A stretch of DNA of 64,000 bases, taken from assembly GCA_046290465.1 (NCBI GenBank), contig JBKAGP010000001.1, positions 2,688,001-2,752,000 of the forward strand, read 5' to 3'. This stretch comes from Planctomycetota bacterium. Its GTDB lineage: Bacteria; Planctomycetota; UBA1135; UBA2386. This document shows, one piece after another, positions 19,851-30,593 of this stretch. A program made the position numbers and the translations under genes. The first letter of the stretch is position 1, and each line of letters starts with the position of its first letter. Under the pieces are notes generated by a model. It saw only the letters and a list, made by a program, of their open reading frames with translations. It was not told where the DNA came from and did no database searches.

Positions 19851-22009
19851 CGCCCCCCGCCTTCGGACAGCAGCTGGGCGAGCGTCAGGGTGCGCTGCAC
19901 GACGCCGATGCGCTCGACGGACTCCTGCGCCGTGAACGTCTCGGTCGCGCTCGGCCCGACGCCGCAGACCACCGCCACGCCGTCGGGCACCAGGCCCGCC
20001 GGCGACGGCATCAGCGACGAGTCCTCGTCGAACGGCACTTCCCAGCGGCCGGCGGCCGTGCGGATCGCCTCGAGCAGCGGCTCGTTCTCGGGCCGCCGCT
20101 GCATCGACGGCCGATCGACCGCCTGCGTCCAGCGGACCTGCAGGCCGTCGCGCTTGTCGGTCAGCAGCGCGTGCACCTCACCGGCGACGCGGTCGGCGAC
20201 CGCCGGATCGACGTAGCTGACGACCACCTGCGCGACCACCTCGTGCGGCAGCAGGTTGGGGAAGCCGCGCGTCTTCAGGTCGGAGACCGACACCGCGACG
20301 CGATCGCGCTTGGACGACAGCGCGCACGCCTGCTCGAGGCGTTCCCACGCCCAGCGCAGCACGTCCGGCTGGCGGCCGCCCTGACCCGGACGGCGGGCGG
20401 TGCCACGGATGCGCAGGTCGAACCGGCGCAGGCCGCGGCGTTGCGTCAGGTAGCGGTCCCCGGAGTTGCCCGGTCGCAGCACCAGGACGCGCGACGCCCG
20501 CGCCGCGGCGCGGCGGATCTCGGCGGAGCTCTCGACGCAGTCGCGACCTTCGTCGCCGTAGTACATCACGCCCAGCCGCGTCTTCGACAGGCGTCGGCGG
20601 CTGCGCAGCGCCTGCAGCGCGAACTCCATCATCACCAGCGGCGCTCGCGAGCAGCCGATGCCCTCGCCGTGCAGCCGTTCGGGCTCGCGGTGGAACGACG
20701 GCACGAACGCGTCGAGCGCCATCGGCACGTCGACGTGGCCGAGCAGCAGCGTGCCGCCGTCGAGACCTGCCGAGGTCTCCCACAGCGCGGCCACCGGCGG
20801 CTCCTCCTCGATGCGCGAGCGGCGCAGGCCGAGGTCGGTCAGCGAACGGTCCAGCTCGTCGAACGCCGCGCGCACCCCGACGGTGTCGTCGGTGCGGCTC
20901 GAACGACGGGTCCAGACGTCGATGCGCTTCTCGATCCGTTCGCGGCGCGACGTCACCCACTCGAGCAGTTCGCGGCCCTCGCTGGCCGGAGCGCCCGCCT
21001 CGGGCATGCGCATCGGCGCCGGGGTGCCGAAGTAGCGGGTGCTGGCGACCTCGACCAGCCGGTTGACGAGCCCGCAGAAGTCGAGCCCCGCCGCAGCCGC
21101 GGCCTGCACGTAGCTGCCGTGCTCGCCGAGGCTCGGCAGGCTGTTGATCTCGAGGATGTAGGGGTTGCCCTGCTCGTCGAGGCGCATGTCGATGCGCGCA
21201 CAGTCGAGGCAGCCGAGCGCCTTGAACGCACCCGCCGCCAGCTCGCGCACCCGCGCCGAGGTCGCTTCGTCGAGGTCGGCCGGGCACTGCACCCGCACCT
21301 CGCGGCCGGACTTGCGGGTCTTGTCCTCATAGGTGTAGATCTGCGGCCCGTCGCCGAACACCAGCTCGGCCGGCGGCAGGGTCTCGACCGTGGCGCCGTT
21401 GCCGATCACGCCGACGTTGACCTCGCGGCCGCTGATGTAGCGCTCGACCAGCACCGGTTGCCGGAAGCGCTCGAAGATCACGCCGGCCGCCTCGCGCAGC
21501 TCGGCCGCGTCGTTGACGATCTTGATGCCGAACGAGACGGCCTCGTTGCGCGGCTTGACGATCAGCGGGTACTGCAGCTCCGGCACTTCGTCGTCGGGCC
21601 CCTGCAGCACCGCGAACTCGGGCGTCGGCAGCCCGTGCTGCACGAAGATCATCTTGGCGATGACCTTGTCGAGCGCCAGCGAGTGCGCCATCGGGCCGGA
21701 CCCGACGTAGGGGATGCCGACCATCTCGAGGATGCCCGGCACGTGCGTGTAGCGCGCCTCGCCCTGGATGCCGTAGGCCAGGTTGAAGGCCATGCCGGGG
21801 CGCTCGCCCTTGACGACGCGCGGCATGAACTCCTCCAGGTTGTCGATCAGGTCCTTGTCGCCCTCGAAGGCGACGACCTGGTGACCCCCCTGCTTCAGGC
21901 ACCCGACGATCCGGTTGATCGCCTTGAGGCCATAGCGTTCCTGGTTGCGCGTTCCGAACTCGTTGATGACGCGCTTGGACTTGGTGTTGTAGATGACCGC
22001 GACCTTCAT
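19847..22009 (-). CDS. D-Ala-D-Ala-ligase-like ATP-grasp enzyme fused to degenerate M20 peptidase domain
   Basis: IPYVGS, LDK, IVKP, VERYISGRE, RIDMR, LEINSLP (ATP-grasp); C-terminal GHVD and dimerisation domain of M20. Confidence 0.85.
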   Translation of the reverse strand: MKVAVIYNTKSKRVINEFGTRNQERYGLKAINRIVGCLKQGGHQVVAFEGDKDLIDNLEEFMPRVVKGERPGMAFNLAYGIQGEARYTHVPGILEMVGIPYVGSGPMAHSLALDKVIAKMIFVQHGLPTPEFAVLQGPDDEVPELQYPLIVKPRNEAVSFGIKIVNDAAELREAAGVIFERFRQPVLVERYISGREVNVGVIGNGATVETLPPAELVFGDGPQIYTYEDKTRKSGREVRVQCPADLDEATSARVRELAAGAFKALGCLDCARIDMRLDEQGNPYILEINSLPSLGEHGSYVQAAAAAGLDFCGLVNRLVEVASTRYFGTPAPMRMPEAGAPASEGRELLEWVTSRRERIEKRIDVWTRRSSRTDDTVGVRAAFDELDRSLTDLGLRRSRIEEEPPVAALWETSAGLDGGTLLLGHVDVPMALDAFVPSFHREPERLHGEGIGCSRAPLVMMEFALQALRSRRRLSKTRLGVMYYGDEGRDCVESSAEIRRAAARASRVLVLRPGNSGDRYLTQRRGLRRFDLRIRGTARRPGQGGRQPDVLRWAWERLEQACALSSKRDRVAVSVSDLKTRGFPNLLPHEVVAQVVVSYVDPAVADRVAGEVHALLTDKRDGLQVRWTQAVDRPSMQRRPENEPLLEAIRTAAGRWEVPFDEDSSLMPSPAGLVPDGVAVVCGVGPSATETFTAQESVERIGVVQRTLTLAQLLSEGGGR

Positions 22010-22057
22010 GATGCCTGTGTATCCGCGTGGTGGACTGCGGGCGAGCGCGGCCCGCAG

Positions 22058-22072
22058 GCAATCCCCGTGCCA
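22058..22072 (-). promoter_or_regulatory. sigma-54 promoter for ATP-grasp/GGT/FGase operon
   Basis: Minus strand TGGCACG-GGGA-TTGC, exact match to -24/-12 consensus, about 50 nt upstream of ATG at 22009. Confidence 0.85.
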
Positions 22073-22125
22073 GACGGCTACCACCTCGCGCTGCGCCCCC
22101 TGTTTGCACTAGCCTGTCCGCGCCC

Positions 22126-23576
<1,451 letters not shown>

Positions 23577-23580
<4 letters not shown>

Positions 23581-26500
23581 GGTTCGTCGAGCTGGTGCGA
23601 CCGCTGCTGGCGTTGCTGCTGGCGGCGGCGATCGCTGCACAGACACCGGCGCCGCAGGATCCCGGGCGACCCGAAGGCCTCGAGGCGGCGACGCTGGAGG
23701 CGCGCGCCACCGCGGTCAAGGAGCAGACCGGCCTCGACGAGGCCGTGCGCACCGACGCGGCGGCGAACTACACGCGCGCCGGCGAGGTGGCCCGGATCGG
23801 TGACAAGGCGCGCGCCGATGCCAAGCAGTTCGACGTGCAGAGGCAGACCGCGCCCGACCGCGCGACCGCCGCCAAGGCGAGCCTGGTCCAGCTGGGTCCG
23901 GCGGCGCCGGCGCCGGAACCGCCGGCCGGCGCGACCCTGGCCGACCTCGAGCAGCTCGCCGCCGGCGCGGCCGACGCGGCCAAGGCGGCCACCGCGGCGG
24001 TCACCGAGGCCGAGAAGGCGATCTCGACCCGTGCCGAACGACAACCCAAGCTGCAGCAGCTGATCACCGCCGCCAACGAGAAGGTCACCGCGGCCGAGGC
24101 CCAGCTGGCAACGCCGCAGCCGGAACCGATCGTCGAGCCGGAGCTGTCGCGACGCACGCTGCTGCGCGCCCAGCGCTACGCCGCCCAGCAGGAGGTCGCG
24201 GCGCTGCGCAGCGAACTGGCCTACTACGAGGGCGCCGACGAACTGCTGACCGTGCAGCGCGACCTCGCGACCCGCCGCGCCGAGCGCGCCAACCAGCTGG
24301 CCCGCCAGTGGCAGGAGCTGGTCACGCAACGCCGCACGCAGGAGGCGAAGGCCGCCCAGGAGGCCGCCGAGCGACAGGCCAGACGGGCGACCCAGGAGCA
24401 GCAGCACCCGCTGATCATCGAGCTGACCGGCGGCAACGCGGCGCTCGCCGGCCGCCGCGCCGAGGTCGCCACCGAGATCGGCGAGTTCGAACGTCGGATC
24501 GCGGCCAACACCGAAAGCATCCGCCAGACCGACGAGGACTTCGACGACGTCAAGCGACGCATCGAGCGGGTCGGCCTGACCGACGCGATGGGCGCGCTGC
24601 TGCGCGAACGGCGCTCGTCGCTGCCCCAGACCGACTCGCTGCGGCGCGAGATCGAGGGCCGCCGCGCGCGGCTGTCCGAGCTGCAGCTCGAGCGCTTCGA
24701 ACTCGAGGACGAGCTGCGCAAGCTCAAGGGCCCGGACCACCTGGCCAGGTTGCTCGCCGAGGCCGAGCCGCCGATCGCCGCCGAGGGCGCCGACGCAGCG
24801 ACCGTGGACCAGCTGCTGCAGGCGCGCCTGGCGATGCTGGAGGGGCTGCGCACCGACGGCGGCAAGCTGTTCGACAAGCTGGTGCGGCTGGACGGCACCG
24901 AGCAGCAGATGATCGGCAAGGTCGCCGAGTACGAGGCCTACATCAACGAGCGCGTGCTGTGGATCCGCAGCACCACGCCGATCTGGAGGCCGCGCCTGGA
25001 CGAGGCCGACAAGGCGTTCGCCTGGCTGGTCGACGGCGCCAACTGGCACGAGGTCTACACCACGCTGCTGCACGACCTCGACATCGAGACCCCGGCCTGG
25101 GCGTTCGCCGCGCTGATGCTGCTGTTGCTGCTCGGGCTGCAACCGAGGTTCCGCGGCGCGCTGACCGCGGCCGGCGAGAAGGCCGCGCGCCGCACGACGG
25201 TCTCGTTCGCGCCGACCGGTGCCGCGCTCGCGCTGACCGCGCTGGCGTCGCTGCCGATCCCGCTGCTGCTGTGGTTCGCCGGCTCGCGCCTCGCGCTGCC
25301 GACGCACACCGAGTTCCCGCGGGCGCTCGGCATGGCGCTGCTCGACACCGCTTCGCTGCTGGCGGCGCTGTCGCTGTTCCGCCAGGTCATCCGCCCGGCG
25401 GGGCTGGCCGAGAACCACTTCCAGTGGCCGCCGTCGACCCTGGCGTTCTACCGCCGGCACCTGCGCTGGGTGCTGCCGCTCGCCATCGTTACGGTCGCGT
25501 CGGTATCGCTGGTCACCAACGGCGGCCACGTCAGCTGGCGCAACGCCGTCGGCAGGCCGGCCCTGCTGGCGCTGCTCGGACCGCTGACGGCGCTGTTCTG
25601 GGTCATGCTGCACCCGCGAACGGGCCTCGCCGGCTCCGCGCGCCCCGACGCGCCGGACTGGGCGCGGCGCTTCCGGTTGCTCTGGTTCGTCGCCGGCGTC
25701 GGCATCCCGGCGACGCTGATCGTGCTGGCGGCGCTCGGCTTCCACTTCACGGCGCGGCAGCTGGCGTTCCACTTCGGTGCGACGGTCACGCTGACCGCGA
25801 GCCTGTTCCTGGTGCAGGACGTGGTGCTGCGCGCGCTGGTGCTGACCCGCCGCAAGATCGCGATGGCGCAGGGCGCCGAACGCCGGCGGGCCGCGGCCGC
25901 CGCCAGGGAACAGGGCGCCGAGCCGGCCTCCGTGCCGGTCGAGGAACAGCTGATCGACGTGCACTCGGTGGCGGCGCAGACGCGCAGCCTGGTGCGGTCG
26001 CTGCTCAGCTTCGCGATCGCGATCGGCGTCTGGGTGATCTGGGTCGACGTGCTGCCGGCACTCGGCATCTTCAAGACCGTCATCCTGTGGGAGAACATCA
26101 CGCTCGCCGATGCCCTGCTGGCGTCGATCGTGTTCGCGGTGACGATCCTGGCGGCGCGCAACCTGCCGGGCGTGATCCAGTTGACGATCCTGCAGCGGCT
26201 CGAGATGCACGGCGGCGAACGCCATGCGATCACGACGGTCGCGCGCTACGTCGTGATCCTGATCGGGGCGCTGATCGGCTTCTCGACGCTCGGCCTCGAG
26301 TGGTCCAAGCTGCAGTGGCTAGCGGCGGGTGTCTCGGTCGGCCTCGGCTTCGGCCTGCAGGAGGTGTTCGCCAACTTCGTCTCCGGCCTGATCATCCTGT
26401 TCGAGCGGCCGATCCGGATCGGGGACCTGGTCACGGTCAACGGCATCGACGGCTACGTGACGCGGATCCGCATGCGCGCGACCACGATCCGCGACTACAA

Positions 26501-26948
26501 CCGCAAGGAACTGATCATCCCGAACAAGGAGTTCATCACCGGCAGCGTGGTCAACTGGACGCTGTCGGACGCGGTCACGCGGCTGATCATCCGCGTCGGC
26601 GTGGCCTACGGCTCCGACACCGAAGCGACGCGCCGCATCCTGCTCGAGATCGCCGCCGACACGCCCGGCATCCTGGCGACGCCGAAGCCGAAGGCGCTGT
26701 TCCTGGCGTTCGGCGACAGCACGCTGAACTTCGAGCTGCGCGTGTTCACGGCCGACACCGACGTCTGGCCCGAGGCGATCGACCGGCTCAACCGGGAGAT
26801 CGACCGTCGCTTCCGCGACGCCAAGATCGAGATCGCGTTCCCGCAGCGGGACCTGCACATCCGTTCGGCGAAGCCGATCGTCGAGGCGCTGATGCAGCAG
26901 CGGCCGTCCCCCGCCGACCGGTCAGACGACGCGGAACCGGCGAAGTAG
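23577..26948 (+). CDS. MscK/KefA-like large mechanosensitive channel
   Basis: Signal peptide, long periplasmic coiled coil, multiple TMs, GLGFGLQEVFANFVSG, IIPN, GVAYGSD, IAFPQRD. Confidence 0.93.
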
Positions 26949-27830
26949 CCACAGCTCGAGCGCGGTCAGCGCAACCAGACCGGCGACCAGGATCCAGAAC
27001 GAGGCCGCCTCGGACGAGCCCGGGATGCCGGCGACGTTGACCCCGAGCAGGCCGGTGACGAACGACAGCGGCAGGAACACCGCGGCGATCACCGACATCA
27101 CGTACATGTTCCGGTTGAGCCGGACCGACACGTGGTGGTCGAGCTGGTCCTGCACGACCGCGGCCCGTTCGCGCACCGAGTCGAGCACCTCGACGTGGCG
27201 GGCGCTGCGGTCGGCGACCTCGCGCAGGTCGGCCGCCGCCTCGGCCGCGAACCACGACGGCAGCTCGCGCAGCATGCGCGACAGCGCGTCGCGCTGCGGC
27301 GCCAGGTGGCGGCGCAGCATCGTGACCATGCGGCGCAGCTCGCCGAGCCGCTGCGGCAGTTCGCCGAGGTCGCCGCGCAGGATCCGTTCCTGCAGGTCGT
27401 CGACGCCGTCGTCGAGCTCGTCGACGACCGGGTAGATGCGCCGTTCGATCGCCTGCGCCAGTTCGGCGATCAGCGCGCACGAGTCGGCGACCTCGCCGGC
27501 CTCCTGCATCCGGTGCACGTCCCCCACCGCGAACACGTGGCGCACGACGGCCGAGACGGCCCGCTTCGGCTCGATCCAGACGCGCACGGCGATCATGTCC
27601 TCGGGGTCGGCACCGCGGTTCATGTTGACGCCGCGCAGCACCAGCACGAAGCCGTCGCCGAACCGGGTGAAGCGCGGCCGTGCGGCGTTGGCGACCAGCG
27701 CCTCGGCGACGGTGGCGTCGAGATCCGCGGCGTCGGCCAGCGGCTCGGCGAGGTCGGCCTCGCAGCGGAAGTGCGTCCAGCGCGCGCCGTCGGCAAGCGG
27801 GACGTCGAACTCGGAGGTCAGTTCGTCCAT
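26922..27830 (-). CDS. zntB: ZntB-type zinc transporter (CorA family)
   Basis: RPR, LRGVN..PEDM.AVRVW, LAPQRDAL, FLPLSFVTGLLGVN (GVN signature). Confidence 0.85.
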   Translation of the reverse strand: MDELTSEFDVPLADGARWTHFRCEADLAEPLADAADLDATVAEALVANAARPRFTRFGDGFVLVLRGVNMNRGADPEDMIAVRVWIEPKRAVSAVVRHVFAVGDVHRMQEAGEVADSCALIAELAQAIERRIYPVVDELDDGVDDLQERILRGDLGELPQRLGELRRMVTMLRRHLAPQRDALSRMLRELPSWFAAEAAADLREVADRSARHVEVLDSVRERAAVVQDQLDHHVSVRLNRNMYVMSVIAAVFLPLSFVTGLLGVNVAGIPGSSEAASFWILVAGLVALTALELWLLRRFRVV

Positions 27831-27838
27831 CGTGATCC

Positions 27839-29236
27839 TCAGCGCATCGGCTGCAGGTCGACCGCGACGTTCGCGGCCGGAAGGAACGGCCCGAACGTCA
27901 GCGAACGGCTGAACGTCGGCCGCTGCGGGTCCAGCTGGGCGCCGCCGTAGCGTACCGTGACCCGCCCCTGCAAGCCCGCACGGAGCCGGGCCAGCAACCC
28001 GCCGCGCAGCTGCATCGGCATGCCGCGGCGACGCTCGGGACCGGCGGCGCGCACGACCTGCGTGTGCAGCGGCCCCCAGCGACCGTCGCGGCCGCGCACC
28101 TCGACCGCGTACTCAACGACCTCGACGTTGGGATCGCGCGGCTCCAGCGCCCACGTCGAGAACTCCAGCCTCGCCTGTTCGCCGGCACCGATCGGCTGCA
28201 CCTTGACGCGAAAGCGCCCCTTGCGCAGCGCGGCGCTCTGCGCGAACGGGCTGAGCTGCGGCGTGCGGATGTAGACGTCGTCGATCAGCAGCGCGCGGGT
28301 CGCGAACGCGGCGTGGTAGTCGAACAGGATCGTGCAGTAGCCCTCGTCCCCCCAGGTCCGTCCCCACGAGTTCTTGGCCAGGAAGCCGTGCGCGTCGTAG
28401 CCTACGATGGTCACGGCGTGGCCGCCGTAGAGCGACTTGCCCGGATCGGGGTCGGGGTGCTTCTCGACCTGGATGCGCCCCGCCCACAGCTCGGTCGCGA
28501 AGTCCTTGTCCGCCGGCAGCAGCAGCTTGACGACGCCGTAGTCCTGGAACGTCTTGGCGCCGGGCAGGCGGTAGCGGAACATCAGACCCGGGTGGATCGC
28601 GGTGCGGACGCGCTTTCCGTCGTCGTCGGCCGACGACCACTTGGGGCCATAGACCGAGTAGGTGACCGGGATCGCCAGACGCCCACCGTCGAGTTCCTTC
28701 TTGATGCGGGCCACGTCCCGCGCCTGCTGCTCGTCGAGCACGGTGCAGTCCTCGGCGCGGAAGCCGTACTTGCCGTAGGTGTCGCGGACCTTGTCGAGCG
28801 CCGGCTCGGTGAACTGCGCGAGTTCGAGGAAGCCACGGATCTCGACCGGCACGCTCTCGGGCAGGACCAGCGGGTTGGGGCTGTAGGGCAGGAACGCCTC
28901 GTGCGACGTGCCGACGTGCGAGAACAGCGGCACGTAGGTCTCGAACACGTTGCCGGCCTTCATCCGGGTCGCCTTGCCGAACTTGCGCAGCCACTTGTCG
29001 ACGCCGTTCTCGTGCCGCTTGACGGTCGCGTAGAGCAGCTGCTCGCTGAGATCGGTCGGCACGCCCGGAAACGTCTCGAGCGCGGCGCAGATCGAGAACG
29101 CCACGCAGGTGCCGCGGTTGGCCTGGTCCTTGACCGGCGACTGCGAGCGGCGATGGTCGACCTGGGCGACGGTCGCCCGACCGAGCACCAGGCAGCCGAT
29201 GCTGCACAGGGCGACGACGAGGCGCGACAGCTTCAT
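27839..29236 (-). CDS. secreted papain-like C1 cysteine peptidase
   Basis: Signal peptide; VKDQANRGTCVAF, LSEQ, GHAVTIVGY, KNSWG...WG..GY. Confidence 0.88.
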   Translation of the reverse strand: MKLSRLVVALCSIGCLVLGRATVAQVDHRRSQSPVKDQANRGTCVAFSICAALETFPGVPTDLSEQLLYATVKRHENGVDKWLRKFGKATRMKAGNVFETYVPLFSHVGTSHEAFLPYSPNPLVLPESVPVEIRGFLELAQFTEPALDKVRDTYGKYGFRAEDCTVLDEQQARDVARIKKELDGGRLAIPVTYSVYGPKWSSADDDGKRVRTAIHPGLMFRYRLPGAKTFQDYGVVKLLLPADKDFATELWAGRIQVEKHPDPDPGKSLYGGHAVTIVGYDAHGFLAKNSWGRTWGDEGYCTILFDYHAAFATRALLIDDVYIRTPQLSPFAQSAALRKGRFRVKVQPIGAGEQARLEFSTWALEPRDPNVEVVEYAVEVRGRDGRWGPLHTQVVRAAGPERRRGMPMQLRGGLLARLRAGLQGRVTVRYGGAQLDPQRPTFSRSLTFGPFLPAANVAVDLQPMR

Positions 29237-29370
29237 GGCGTGATCATCGAGCGCCGGGGCCGGGACGCAAGCGCGACGGGCCCCGCCGCGGAGCGGGCAG
29301 GCGAGCCGCGCGACACGTCGAACCCCGCGCCGACCGACGGTTCGACTCGACCGGATACGGAGGGCGCGGC

Positions 29371-29397
29371 GGTCGGCCAGCTGGTCGGCCAGCTGGT
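29371..29397. repeat. 12-bp direct repeat
   Basis: GGTCGGCCAGCT x2 plus GGT in the 466-bp divergent intergenic region. Confidence 0.7.
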
Positions 29398-29702
29398 GGG
29401 CACGACGACGCAGCACGACGAACCGGCGCGCAAAAGGGCACCAAACACGGGCTATATGCACGCCGCGGAAACATGTCGCGTTCGCTCTTCACGGGTCGAC
29501 AAGGCTGCGTCGTGGGGTAGCGTTCGGAGCATGCTGCAGCGCACTCTATGCCCCTCGCCCCACACCGCGCTGCAGCGGTACGACTCCTTCACCTGATCGG
29601 CCCACGCCTCGTCGGCAGTGGCACGGTCGTGCTGCATCTCCACCTGAGTGCAGATCGCAGAGCGTGGTGTCCGTCGACGAGGTCGACCCAACGACACCAT
29701 CC

Positions 29703-30593
29703 ATGCAAGATCCTCGCGCATGCAGCAAGGGAGACCAGTGCTCCTGCTCGCCTCCGTCCCAGCCTGACCAGCAGCAGGCCGGCGTCGACCGCCGCAAGTT
29801 CCTGACCGGTGCCGCGGCCGCAGCCGCCGTCGCCGGCGGCGCCGCGGCCCAGGACCCGAAGGGCCAGGTCCGCAGCGACCTGTTCCTCAAGGAGGAGCAC
29901 TGGAAGGAGCGCATGCAGGCTCCCGACGACGGCAAGAAGTTCGGCTGGGTCGTCGACGTGCGCCGCTGCTTCGGCTGCCACGGCTGCGAGGTCGCCTGCA
30001 AGGCGGAGAACGACGTGCCGCTCGGCAGCTACATCCGCCAGACGATCTACCACGACTACGAGAAGTCGCAAGGCGGCCTGGCGCGCATCATGGTGCCGAT
30101 GGCGTGCCAGCACTGCGAGGACGCGCCGTGCATCAAGGCGTGCCCGTGCGGCGCGATGCACAAGGGGGCCGGCGGTTCGGTCCAGGTCGACTACGACTCG
30201 TGCTCGGGCCACGGCGCGTGCAAGGAGGCCTGCCCCTACGGCGCGATCTACATCGACCCGGTCGCCAACCAGGCGATCAAGTGCCACAACTGCACGCACC
30301 GCGTCGAGGTCGGCATGGAGCCGGCCTGCGTGTCGACGTGCCCGAGCGAGGCGCTCTACTTCGGCGACCTCAACGACCCGGAGTCGTCGGTCAGCAAGAT
30401 GAAGGCGCGCCTCGAGGCCGAGAACGAACTCGGCCAGCTGCGCCCGGAGAAGGGCACGCGGCCGCGCATGTGGTTCGGCCACAACGAGGACCGGCCGATC
30501 GACGAGTTCGAGCCGAAGATCCCGAAGGAAGGCGAGAGCTACCACAACGACGCCTACAGCGTCTACCACTGGAAGAAGGGAGGTGCGCAATGA
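29703..30593 (+). CDS. Tat-exported four-cluster Fe-S subunit (PsrB/NrfC/TtrB-like)
   Basis: DRRKFL twin-arginine motif; CFGCHGC, CQHC..PC, CSGHGAC, KCHNC...PACVSTCP. Confidence 0.9.
   Translation: MQDPRACSKGDQCSCSPPSQPDQQQAGVDRRKFLTGAAAAAAVAGGAAAQDPKGQVRSDLFLKEEHWKERMQAPDDGKKFGWVVDVRRCFGCHGCEVACKAENDVPLGSYIRQTIYHDYEKSQGGLARIMVPMACQHCEDAPCIKACPCGAMHKGAGGSVQVDYDSCSGHGACKEACPYGAIYIDPVANQAIKCHNCTHRVEVGMEPACVSTCPSEALYFGDLNDPESSVSKMKARLEAENELGQLRPEKGTRPRMWFGHNEDRPIDEFEPKIPKEGESYHNDAYSVYHWKKGGAQ

Noticed and set aside
19847..22009. Housekeeping ddl (cell-wall D-Ala-D-Ala ligase)
   Set aside because: Fused to an M20-like domain, under a sigma-54 promoter, and outside any mur/dcw context.
29619..29635. 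Sigma-54 promoter for the molybdoenzyme operon (TGGCACGGTCGTGC)
   Set aside because: GG-to-GC spacing is 9 nt (or 12), not the required 10.
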